This document shows, piece by piece, positions 10,012 to 18,555 of a DNA stretch of 64,000 nucleotides. Each line of letters opens with the position of its first letter. Within the stretch, counting starts at the first letter, position 1. The notes below the pieces were generated by a model. The model was not told where the DNA came from. It worked only from the letters and a program-made list of their open reading frames with translations, and did no database searches. Position numbers and translations under genes: made by a program. The stretch comes from Spirochaetia bacterium (GTDB taxonomy: Bacteria; Spirochaetota; Spirochaetia; SP-2023): positions 1,792,001-1,856,000 of the forward strand of contig CBDDCK010000005.1 of NCBI GenBank assembly GCA_965225855.1, written 5' to 3'.

Positions 10012-10775
10012 ATAAAACAGCACACATTCAAGTAAGTGATGGGGCTCTAGTTCCTAATGACCGCTCTAGCTTGGTGTCTTGGCGTTTTACGTTTTGGGGC
10101 ACCCTAGCCATAATCGCTTTATTAGTAATTTGGCAGCCCGAGCCTTACTGGCGCATTTTAAAGTTTTTGCCAGACGGAATACTTGCAACTTTTCAGGTTA
10201 CCGTTCTAGCCATTTTCTTTGCAACTTTCATTGGTTTACTGGCAGGCTTAGGGCAAGTTTTGCGTTCTCGCCTAATTAATTGCATTACGGTAATTTATAT
10301 TGAAGTTATTCGCGGTATACCGCTGTTGGTGCAACTATTTTATATTTATTACGCTTTAGGCCGTTTCTTTAGCATTGAAGGTATGACAGCTGCTGTTGTC
10401 GCTATGGCAATTTGCTATGGTGCTTACATGGGAGAAATCTTTCGTGCGGGCATTCAATCAATCCCCAAAGGACAAATGGAAGCGGCCATTGCTTTGGGAT
10501 TAAGCCGCTGTCAAGCTATATTGAAGGTTATTTTACCGCAGACTGTGCGCATTATATTGCCAGCTATCGGCAATGAATTTATTGCTTTGCTAAAAGATTC
10601 TTCGCTAGTTTCGGTGCTTGCCATCAGTGATTTACTTAGGCGTGGGCGTGAATTTGCTGCAACTAGCTTTATGTATTTTGAAGCTTATACCATGGTAGCC
10701 TTAGTTTACTTAGTATTAACTCTGTTCTTATCGCGTTTAGTTGCGCTGTTAGAAAGCCGTATGGAACAAACTTAA
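9999..10775 (+). CDS. Polar amino-acid ABC transporter permease
   Basis: IRGIPLLVQL, EIFRAGIQSIPKGQMEAA, LLKDSSL. Confidence 0.95.
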   Translation: MAQVNKTAHIQVSDGALVPNDRSSLVSWRFTFWGTLAIIALLVIWQPEPYWRILKFLPDGILATFQVTVLAIFFATFIGLLAGLGQVLRSRLINCITVIYIEVIRGIPLLVQLFYIYYALGRFFSIEGMTAAVVAMAICYGAYMGEIFRAGIQSIPKGQMEAAIALGLSRCQAILKVILPQTVRIILPAIGNEFIALLKDSSLVSVLAISDLLRRGREFAATSFMYFEAYTMVALVYLVLTLFLSRLVALLESRMEQT

Positions 10776-10802
10776 TTTTCATTGAGAAGTAAAAGGATAG
10801 GT

Positions 10803-11537
10803 ATGGACGATCGGATCGTGATCAGCCAAGCTGTAAAGGAGTTTGGCACAGCGCGGGCCCTAAACAATGTCAATTTAAAGATTGCCCAGGCCGAAGTTGT
10901 GCTGATTGTGGGGCCTTCCGGCAGCGGTAAGTCGACATTATTGCGTTCTGTAAATCGGCTAGAGCACCTTTCTAGTGGCGATATTTCGATCGATGGAGTT
11001 TCTGTAACAGACCCTAAAACCGATATTCGCAAAATTCGCGAAGAAGTGGGTATGGTTTTCCAAGATTTTAATTTATTTCCCCATTTAAGTGTTTTAGAAA
11101 ATATTACTATGGCGCCATTAACTTTGAACAAAGTAGATAAAGCACAAGCTCAAGACTGCGCTCTTAGTTTATTGCAAATGGTTGGCCTAGAAGAACGAGC
11201 AAGCTCTTTCCCACGGCAGCTTTCAGGTGGGCAAAAACAGCGGGTAGCGATTGCACGCGCTTTGGCAATGGAGCCCAAGGCCATGCTGTTTGACGAACCC
11301 ACCAGTGCTCTTGATCCGGAAATGGTAAAAGAAGTCTTAGATGTAATGCTAAAGTTAGCTCAAGATGGTATGACCATGATGATTGTTTCCCATGAGATGG
11401 GCTTTGCACGTGCGGCTGCTGACCGAGTTGTTTTTATCGACCAAGGGCAAATTATTGAACAAGGTAAACCAGAGCAAATTTTTGATAACCCAAAGGAAGA
11501 ACGAACTCGTAAATTTCTACAGTGTATATTACACTAA
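10803..11537 (+). CDS. Polar amino-acid ABC transporter ATP-binding protein (GlnQ-like)
   Basis: [33 protein letters not shown]. Confidence 0.96.
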   Translation: MDDRIVISQAVKEFGTARALNNVNLKIAQAEVVLIVGPSGSGKSTLLRSVNRLEHLSSGDISIDGVSVTDPKTDIRKIREEVGMVFQDFNLFPHLSVLENITMAPLTLNKVDKAQAQDCALSLLQMVGLEERASSFPRQLSGGQKQRVAIARALAMEPKAMLFDEPTSALDPEMVKEVLDVMLKLAQDGMTMMIVSHEMGFARAAADRVVFIDQGQIIEQGKPEQIFDNPKEERTRKFLQCILH

Positions 11538-11543
11538 AAATAA

Positions 11544-12110
11544 ATGGAGAATATAAGAATGAAAAAAACTATGATATGGCCACAGTGTCTATTATGGTTA
11601 TTTTTTGGTTGTACTTCTTTTGTCTCCCCCATGGAGAGCATGGAAAGCATGAAAATCGATGACGCAGCCCAAAAACTTATTAAAAAGCTAACGGAAGCTC
11701 ATAGTAAGCAAGATGCTTGGAATGGCGGTAACCAAAAATACTATATTGCAGCTTTCAAAATAACTAAAACAATCGCAAGCATCTCAACAGTAGAAAATAA
11801 TAACCAAGCTTTAAACGATGATTTTATTGCCAATTTCCAGCATTCCATGTACGACTCTTATCGAAATTTGTTGCGTAGGGACATTTTTTTTACACCGGAA
11901 GAAATTCAAGCTAAAGCTAAGGAGCTAGAGCCAAAGATTGGTGAGAAAGCTTATGAATTGCAACATTGGGCTGTCGCAAAAGCACTGGGTGCCAATTATA
12001 TAATTATGGGTAGTTTGCGTTCAACGGGTTTTGGCTTGCTTGCTGAAGCCAAACTTAAAGATTTTCAGGGTAATGTTATCGCCGAAAAAAAGGTCAGCTT
12101 TGTACTTTAG
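11544..12110 (+). CDS. Hypothetical lipoprotein (possibly LpoB/CsgG/FlgO-like alpha/beta fold)
   Basis: Signal with FFGC lipobox; AKALGANYIIMGSL motif reminiscent of TolB-N/CsgG-type domains. Confidence 0.55.
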   Translation: MENIRMKKTMIWPQCLLWLFFGCTSFVSPMESMESMKIDDAAQKLIKKLTEAHSKQDAWNGGNQKYYIAAFKITKTIASISTVENNNQALNDDFIANFQHSMYDSYRNLLRRDIFFTPEEIQAKAKELEPKIGEKAYELQHWAVAKALGANYIIMGSLRSTGFGLLAEAKLKDFQGNVIAEKKVSFVL

Positions 12111-12249
12111 TTTATTATTATTTTAAGATTGTTGCAATGAATTACGGATTTGTAATATACAGTCCGCAGCTCGCCGGCCAGCCTCCCCGTTATGGCAATA
12201 GATATATTGGCGCAATCTTCTTGGTAGTTTTGTTTTCAAAGTGCATTAG

Positions 12250-15200
12250 TTATTTTTTATCTTGCACTTTACTTTTTGCTATATTATAAGCGGCAACTTT
12301 ATCATAATTATCTAAAGGTTCTAACCCTTTTCTATCCTCTTTGACATTAAAACCACATTGACCACAGGGACTTTTACCAATATCTTTTTTATCACAGTTA
12401 GGACAATTGGAGCTTGTGCCTCCTGTTTTAAGAAATTGAATAATACCAAATTGCTTTTGTTGATAATCATCTTTTAATAAAATGGTTTCTTTAATGTTGG
12501 GAGGTACTAATCCTTCCGATTGAAACTTTCTATACAAAGCCCATTCTAATCTTCTGCTTATATGCTGATCACTTTGTTTTCTGTGAGACTCTATAAACTT
12601 TATATCTCCATAATATTCATCTAAGTTTTCTAATTTAATGGCTTTGGCTCTAAATTTTTGATGTATATGATAAATGACTCCCACCATATTTGCTGCAATC
12701 GCATCTCGCAAATGATTGATTTTTTCAATGGATGGTTCTAAGTTTTCATTTCTTAATTTTTTTAAGTTTTCATTTCTTAATTTTTTAAGGTAACAATTGA
12801 GAGTATCTAAAACAAATTGCTCTGATTTTTCAAAATCTGAAACCCAATAAATTTCAGCATCAATTAACTTTAAATATTGATCTTCTTTTTTAAAGTAGAT
12901 TCCTGTCCTTTTACTTTTATCAATATTATATCCTTGAGGTAATTTTTTAAAAAATTCACATAAATAATTTATTCTATTATCATTTATTCCTAACTCTGAC
13001 AAATTATTTGTGCCATCGAAAAATGCTTTAAATTGATTTACTATATCACTTTTTTCTCTTTCATTTAATCCAGAGTTAGGATATTTTGGGTGATCCTTCC
13101 ACTTGTAGATAAAGGATACATCCTTTTGTTTTTTAACTTCTTCAATACCTATAATTTTATTAGGAATCCAAATGATGTTAGAGTTATCTTTTTTAACAAT
13201 CTCATCATTCTCATTTATTTCAACACTATGAAATAATTCAAAAATTCTGCGTTTAGCAGATATTTCTTTTAAATTTAAAAAGGTTTGTAAGTCTCCATTA
13301 GTAACAATTTTGCCTTTAATGACTTTAGCTGTCGTCAAATCTAAGCAAGCGTTTTCTTTACTCTCTTTTTTAGCAAACCATTTCTCATCTTCAAATTTAT
13401 CTGCAACTAAAGAAATATTCTTGATAGGCCCACCAAAGTCTTTATTATCTTTACCTAATGGTATATTCGATTTATCTCTTGTATTGGTAGCATCTCCTTG
13501 ATAATAGTATTTATCTTCCTTTAGAGTATAGGTCGTAATGGTAGGAAATTCCTTAGGGCGATCAGTTTCATCATCTTTTACTATTTTTACTATACAAAGC
13601 GTTGCCAATTCTTTCAAACCCCTATCAATACCATAGAGGTAAGAACCTTGAGTATTTTTAGAATAATGCTCATTAAATTTTTCAATTTTTTTATTAATAT
13701 CCAAAGATTTATTCCAAGCAAAATCTAAATCTTTTTCTCCTGTATTAAGGGTGAAAGTCGCACTCATTGTATATTGAGGGTTTAAGAAACGATTCTTTTT
13801 ATTAGAATCATAATTGCCAGAGTTTTTACCATATTTTGCAACTCGGCTTTCTCGTTCCTCTCGCCAAAAGATTTTGATTTCCGGATTTAGGCGTGTCAAA
13901 TATCCCTTTGTATTTTCTTTTGTCCAAAACTGCTTCCAAAGTGTTGTAGGCGTACTTTGGTTGTTTTCATTGTGTTCTTTTCTCATTAATGAAGTATCTT
14001 GATTATTTTGCTCTCTGTTTGCTTTTGTAGTTTCAGAATCTCTTTCTGTGCGTAAATCCAAAGAATCAATAGCAAAGATACTTGCCTGATAATCATTTTT
14101 TAATTTCTTGATTAAATCTTTACCAGCTCGTTGCCTTTTAACATAACAACAACGCTCTAAATCTTTTCTAAATTCATCTAAAGGAGAATAATTTAAATTT
14201 CTGTAATCTTCTCTGCTGTAATCTTTTTTGGTAATTTCTTGAATGCTATCATATTTGGCAACTTCTTTTTTGGCGTAATCTGTGTTTAAAATATTTTGAT
14301 AAAAGCGGATAAGATTTTTATCGCCTTGTTCTCCTGATAGTTCTTTTTTATCTTTATCAAAATAAAGTTGTCTTTTATACATAGGATAAAAAAACTTAGT
14401 CTTATTTGTATTATCTCTAATTTTTTCTTGTATGCCGTTCTTAAAAGTATTATCATTCTCTTTAAAACACAATTTTTCTAAAGCCCTTAAAGTCAGAGAT
14501 TCAAAAGAGTACAAAATAGAATCTTCCGATTCTTGGCACTCCTGAATGCCCTCTAAATATTTTTTAAACTCTGATAGTTTATCTTCTTCCCTTGGTACAA
14601 CCACTAATTTATGCTTATCGCCTTCTTTTACAATAAATGCCCAATGGCTAACCAGTTCTGCATCAATTTTTTCGTATTCCAAACTTTTGATTTTGGCTAG
14701 TGCTTGACCATATTTTAAAGCTATGCGTTTAAAAAATTCGCACAATTCATAGTAATCTTTTGTAATGGTATTTGATTTTTCATTTTCTTGAAAGTTAAAA
14801 AATCTTCCTCGTTTCTTTTTTAATTCAGTAATATGAGTATTGTCTTTTACTTTATTTTTAGCAGTAGATAATTTTTTAATCTGAATGGTTTCTTCAACAA
14901 AATCTTTCAATGGTTTTTCTTCAGATTGAAAAAGTGGATGTTGCTCTTCTATATCTTTAATTTTTTCATCAGTGAGTTCATCAATACTTTTTATTTTTTG
15001 GATAGTTTCCATAAACTTACTTTTTTTATTCGCTTTCCATGCTTTGATATAGATATATGCCTCTTTTAAAGTACAAGTTTTTATATCAATGCTATGACTA
15101 TTATTTTCTGAATCCGTATATGAGCTAAGTTCTATTTTTTCTAAAAATTCATCTGAACAATTGTTATCTTTATCAAAGTGGGTTCTGTTGAATAATTTAC

Positions 15201-15981
15201 ATTCCAACGGTTGCTTTATTTTGTCAGTCTCTTCTTTAATTGCTTTGGGAGTCTTATTTAGTGTGTAGTAGTTAAAAGTAGCTCGTACCAGCTCAATACC
15301 CATTGTTTGTGCAGGTAAAAGTAATCTAATAGCTTCTGTAATAACTTTTTGTAGATCGTTAAAATGCCCTTTTAAATGCTCTATTTTTTCATCAACTTGA
15401 AAAGTTCTACCATAATTTGTAATTTCACCGTGATTACTGTTGTGTATGGCTTTGATAAATTCTTGTAAAAATGCAAGATTTGTTCGTTTGCATAATTGTT
15501 TGAGTACAAAGGCAAATGTGCGTCTTCGCCTTTGAGACTGTAAAGGCTCGCTATTTAATTTTTGTAATTCATTTTTGATGGTTATATGTTCATTAAGACA
15601 CTCTTTAAATATTTTGGGTAAATATGTAACATCACTTAGATTGTAAGACTTATCTTTTTTATTGCTATTTTTTATATGTTTATAAAATTCTACATTAGTA
15701 TAAGTTTTCAAAAATCCATATTTTAGTTTAAGCTTATTAGTAAATACCAACTTGTCATAACATTGGCGAATATCATTAAATTGTGTATCTTTTGCACGCA
15801 AACATAAAAGCTTAATATCTACGAGAATATCATCTATGTACTCAATAATGCGCTTAATCTTTTTTTCAATATCTTGAGGCTGTTTTAGGTCAGCATCTTT
15901 TATTGTAGCCCCTAAATCTATTGTAGCCCCTAAATCATCTAATTTAAATTGAATTGTTTTTGTATATTGATATTGCTTCAT
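12250..15981 (-). CDS. cas12: Type V CRISPR effector nuclease, Cas12a2/Cas12a3 (Cms1)-like, orphan
   Basis: N-terminal YQYTKTIQFKL (Cas12a-type WED start); RuvC-I YGIDRG (D786); RuvC-II IKLENL (E1118); zinc ribbon CPNC..CGQC (C1193/1196/1206/1209); RuvC-III YDKVAAYNIA (D1227). Blocks recalled from SmCms1-type proteins: ATFNYYTLNK, FESLTLRALEKLCF, LERCCY, RLNPEI, DLTTAKVIKGKIVTNGD, AANMVGVI, LEWALYRKFQSEGLVPP, QFGIIQF. Confidence 0.9.
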   Translation of the reverse strand: MKQYQYTKTIQFKLDDLGATIDLGATIKDADLKQPQDIEKKIKRIIEYIDDILVDIKLLCLRAKDTQFNDIRQCYDKLVFTNKLKLKYGFLKTYTNVEFYKHIKNSNKKDKSYNLSDVTYLPKIFKECLNEHITIKNELQKLNSEPLQSQRRRRTFAFVLKQLCKRTNLAFLQEFIKAIHNSNHGEITNYGRTFQVDEKIEHLKGHFNDLQKVITEAIRLLLPAQTMGIELVRATFNYYTLNKTPKAIKEETDKIKQPLECKLFNRTHFDKDNNCSDEFLEKIELSSYTDSENNSHSIDIKTCTLKEAYIYIKAWKANKKSKFMETIQKIKSIDELTDEKIKDIEEQHPLFQSEEKPLKDFVEETIQIKKLSTAKNKVKDNTHITELKKKRGRFFNFQENEKSNTITKDYYELCEFFKRIALKYGQALAKIKSLEYEKIDAELVSHWAFIVKEGDKHKLVVVPREEDKLSEFKKYLEGIQECQESEDSILYSFESLTLRALEKLCFKENDNTFKNGIQEKIRDNTNKTKFFYPMYKRQLYFDKDKKELSGEQGDKNLIRFYQNILNTDYAKKEVAKYDSIQEITKKDYSREDYRNLNYSPLDEFRKDLERCCYVKRQRAGKDLIKKLKNDYQASIFAIDSLDLRTERDSETTKANREQNNQDTSLMRKEHNENNQSTPTTLWKQFWTKENTKGYLTRLNPEIKIFWREERESRVAKYGKNSGNYDSNKKNRFLNPQYTMSATFTLNTGEKDLDFAWNKSLDINKKIEKFNEHYSKNTQGSYLYGIDRGLKELATLCIVKIVKDDETDRPKEFPTITTYTLKEDKYYYQGDATNTRDKSNIPLGKDNKDFGGPIKNISLVADKFEDEKWFAKKESKENACLDLTTAKVIKGKIVTNGDLQTFLNLKEISAKRRIFELFHSVEINENDEIVKKDNSNIIWIPNKIIGIEEVKKQKDVSFIYKWKDHPKYPNSGLNEREKSDIVNQFKAFFDGTNNLSELGINDNRINYLCEFFKKLPQGYNIDKSKRTGIYFKKEDQYLKLIDAEIYWVSDFEKSEQFVLDTLNCYLKKLRNENLKKLRNENLEPSIEKINHLRDAIAANMVGVIYHIHQKFRAKAIKLENLDEYYGDIKFIESHRKQSDQHISRRLEWALYRKFQSEGLVPPNIKETILLKDDYQQKQFGIIQFLKTGGTSSNCPNCDKKDIGKSPCGQCGFNVKEDRKGLEPLDNYDKVAAYNIAKSKVQDKK

Positions 15982-16012
15982 CCTTAGTCTCCTCTAAAGT
16001 CAAACTAGCATT

Positions 16013-16042
16013 ATTATACCACTATATTAGCTCTTTTGTAAA
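16013..16042 (-). promoter_or_regulatory. Putative sigma70 promoter of the cas12 gene
   Basis: Minus strand TTTACA-18 nt-TATAAT with extended -10 (TG-G-TATAAT); RBS AGGAG 8 nt before the ATG at 15981. Confidence 0.7.
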
Positions 16043-16058
16043 TTAATTTTCTAAATTT

Positions 16059-17981
16059 CTAATAAACCACCGTGATATTTTTCTTGTCGGCATTATGCGC
16101 ACCCAGATTAAACCAATCTTCTAAACAGATACTACTATAGCCATCTATATAAATTTGGCTATCGGGGTTGTTGTCCAATTCAGTAATTATCTGTTTGGCT
16201 ATTTCCTGATTGGGCATATTGAGCACATAAAAACTTTTTGCGTTATGTCCCTTTTCCATATGTTCCACCAAATACAGGCTATCTTTAATAAGCTCTTGTA
16301 CGGGCGTGTGCAAAGGTTTGCCCGTAGCACAAAGCATATTGTATACAGTGTCAGTGCTATTGTTTCTTTGATTTTCTAACACAAATACATTATTAGCCCC
16401 TTCCGTAAGTTTGGGCTTGGGCGTAAGCGAAAACACTTTATAACCTATATCCAATTTTTCACTTTCAAACATGCCTTCTTTGGTTTTTTGCTCTTGTTTG
16501 AGTTTAGCCCCCGCACGGTTAAGTCGCTCTGTGGTAATGCTGGAAATAACGGGCTCAAAGTTATTCTCCGTACAAAACCGATAGGCCTCGCTGTTTTCTT
16601 TGATGGCTTCGTCCCACTGCACTAAGATAAATTTTCTAGTGCCGCCGTCTTCACTGTTTAATTGCATCACCGCATCGCCGGTAGTGCCACTCCCTGCGAA
16701 AAAGTCTAGGATTAGGTCGTTTTTAGTACAAATAAAATTTGTAAGATACTTGATTAGTGATGTTGGTTTTGGATTATTAAATATAACATTATCAAAGATA
16801 ATTTTTTGTTCTTTATTCGCATCTTCATTGGTTCCTACATTGCATTCTTTTTTAGAAATAATGTCTGCGGGTTTCTTTATTCTTTCACCAGCCCTAATAT
16901 AACGAATTGCGAACTTATCCGTTTTAATAATAAAAGTCGTCTCTTCCAATATTTCCTTATTAACTGTTTCTTGAGACCACTTAAATCTTCCTCTAATTTT
17001 TATATCTTTATTTGCATAACCATTTTTTATATTTAATTTTTCTAAAAGCTCCACTCTATCATATAGTTTATTTGTAAACTCTCCCGAAAAATTAAACTTC
17101 ACTTTTTCTTTTGGAATTATTAAGGTATTTATTGCATTACCTTCATTTAGCAGTGGCATATCTCCACCTTCTGTAAATCCACCATTAAAAACATTATTTG
17201 AAATTTGCTTTTCATAACAAAAGACAAATTCATATTTACCTCTTATTTTGTTAGATAAACTTGGAGGTGTTGATGTTTTATTCCATTTAAATATCCCAAC
17301 AAAATTATCTTCGCCAAAAATTTCATCACACAATAGTTTTAAGTTGGCTTGTTCGTTATCGTCTATACTAATAAATAGTACGCCATCATCTCTAAGTAAA
17401 TCCCTTGCCAGTTTCAAGCGCGGATAGATAAAGGCCAACCAACCGCTGTGGCTTTGCGTGCCGTAAACATTGCTTAGAAAATCCTTTGTGCTTTCGTCCA
17501 AACCAAAACTTTCGATAAGCTCTTGTTGCTTTTTCTCAAAATTGTCGCTATAGATAAAATTGTCGCTCTTGGTATTGTAGGGCGGGTCAATATAAATCAT
17601 TTTGACTTTCTCAAAGTAATTGGCTTTTAAGATTTTTAATACTTCCAAATTGTCGCCCCGAATCACGATATTTTGGCTAGTGTCAAAATCTTTGCTTTGC
17701 TCTGTTTGGGCTTTGAGTTCATAAGCAGTTTCGCTACTGGCTTTGGCTTTGGCCAAGCCCTTGCCGGCAAAAGTAAGCTCATAGCCTTTGTTGTTGGCGG
17801 TGGTTTGGGCAATATCTATAACATCTTTGAGTGCCTCAATATTCAATTGGCCATCGGCATTGATGACTTGCGGCAATAATTGTTTGAGGGCTTGTAGTGT
17901 TGCGTTTTGGCTTGCGTTGTGCGTTTGCGCAGAGTCTAGGCTGGGTATGTTGTGTTTTGGTAAATCGCTTTGGTTGATCAT
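16059..17981 (-). CDS. mod: Type III restriction-modification adenine methyltransferase (Mod)
   Basis: KGYELTFAGK, GDNLEVLK, IYIDPPYNT, SHSGWL..YPRLKLAR, SIDDNEQANLKL, PKPTSLI, LDFFAGSGTTG; AT-rich central TRD; ATG 17981 with RBS. Confidence 0.92.
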   Translation of the reverse strand: MINQSDLPKHNIPSLDSAQTHNASQNATLQALKQLLPQVINADGQLNIEALKDVIDIAQTTANNKGYELTFAGKGLAKAKASSETAYELKAQTEQSKDFDTSQNIVIRGDNLEVLKILKANYFEKVKMIYIDPPYNTKSDNFIYSDNFEKKQQELIESFGLDESTKDFLSNVYGTQSHSGWLAFIYPRLKLARDLLRDDGVLFISIDDNEQANLKLLCDEIFGEDNFVGIFKWNKTSTPPSLSNKIRGKYEFVFCYEKQISNNVFNGGFTEGGDMPLLNEGNAINTLIIPKEKVKFNFSGEFTNKLYDRVELLEKLNIKNGYANKDIKIRGRFKWSQETVNKEILEETTFIIKTDKFAIRYIRAGERIKKPADIISKKECNVGTNEDANKEQKIIFDNVIFNNPKPTSLIKYLTNFICTKNDLILDFFAGSGTTGDAVMQLNSEDGGTRKFILVQWDEAIKENSEAYRFCTENNFEPVISSITTERLNRAGAKLKQEQKTKEGMFESEKLDIGYKVFSLTPKPKLTEGANNVFVLENQRNNSTDTVYNMLCATGKPLHTPVQELIKDSLYLVEHMEKGHNAKSFYVLNMPNQEIAKQIITELDNNPDSQIYIDGYSSICLEDWFNLGAHNADKKNITVVY

Positions 17982-18160
17982 AGCTCCACTCTCCTTAGTA
18001 TTCACATAAAAAATCAAAGCAATCATAATCAATTAGTATGGTTTTGGCCAATCATATTTATGTAAAATTCCCAGCTAGCCATCGCATCCACCACTGGCAC
18101 ATAACTACTTTGAATGCTAGCCTTTAAGGGTAGCCTCTAAGTAAAACAGTATATGGGCAA

Positions 18161-18226
18161 AGCTCTTCCCGTATTTAGGGCGAGCTCTGACCGTATTTAG
18201 TCGGGGCTCTGACCGTATATTGCCCT
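18161..18226. repeat. 22-bp-period tandem repeat, 3 units
   Basis: agctcttcccgtatttagggcg / agctctgaccgtatttagtcgg / ggctctgaccgtatattgccct. Confidence 0.88.
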
Positions 18227-18555
18227 AGCAATTCACGGAGATAACTTTGCTTGTTTTGTTAAATTGCTAAAGCTATTTGCCAAAATTATTTGCTGTAAGG
18301 CGCTCTTGGGGGCTCTGTTTGGGTGGGGGCGTTTGGGGAAATTGTTGCGTGATGGCCTGCTTATGGGGCTTTCAAACGATCGCTCTGCCTATTACTCGAT
18401 ATAGGTATAAAAATAGTTTTTTCAACGATCAGCTCTATAAGCTTAGTGAAAATTATTTTCTATATTTACAACATTTCATTATACTTTCGTTTACAAAGTT
18501 ATTGAATACATTCAAGAACAACATAAATATAAAAAACCCTTAGACTATTCTAAGA

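Noticed and set aside
12111..12249. CRISPR array or tracrRNA downstream of cas12
   Set aside because: Only 139 bp, with no repeated unit and no TCTAC..GTAGA hairpin on either strand.
12250..15981. TnpB/IS605 transposon nuclease interpretation
   Set aside because: About three times TnpB size, with Cas12a-type N-terminal and Cms1-type blocks, and no tnpA or IS-end hairpins seen.
16043..16070. aatttcta motif upstream of cas12 resembling the 5' part of a Cas12a repeat
   Set aside because: It continues as ataaacc, cannot form the repeat hairpin, and overlaps the mod stop codon.
16059..18032. Phase-variable (phasevarion) mod
   Set aside because: No simple-sequence repeat tract is visible in the 5' coding region.
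18277..18543. 88-aa ORF and similar ORFs at 62501..62683, 53692..53901, 47550..47756
   Set aside because: They are translations of low-complexity, repeat or promoter DNA with no RBS or family motifs.
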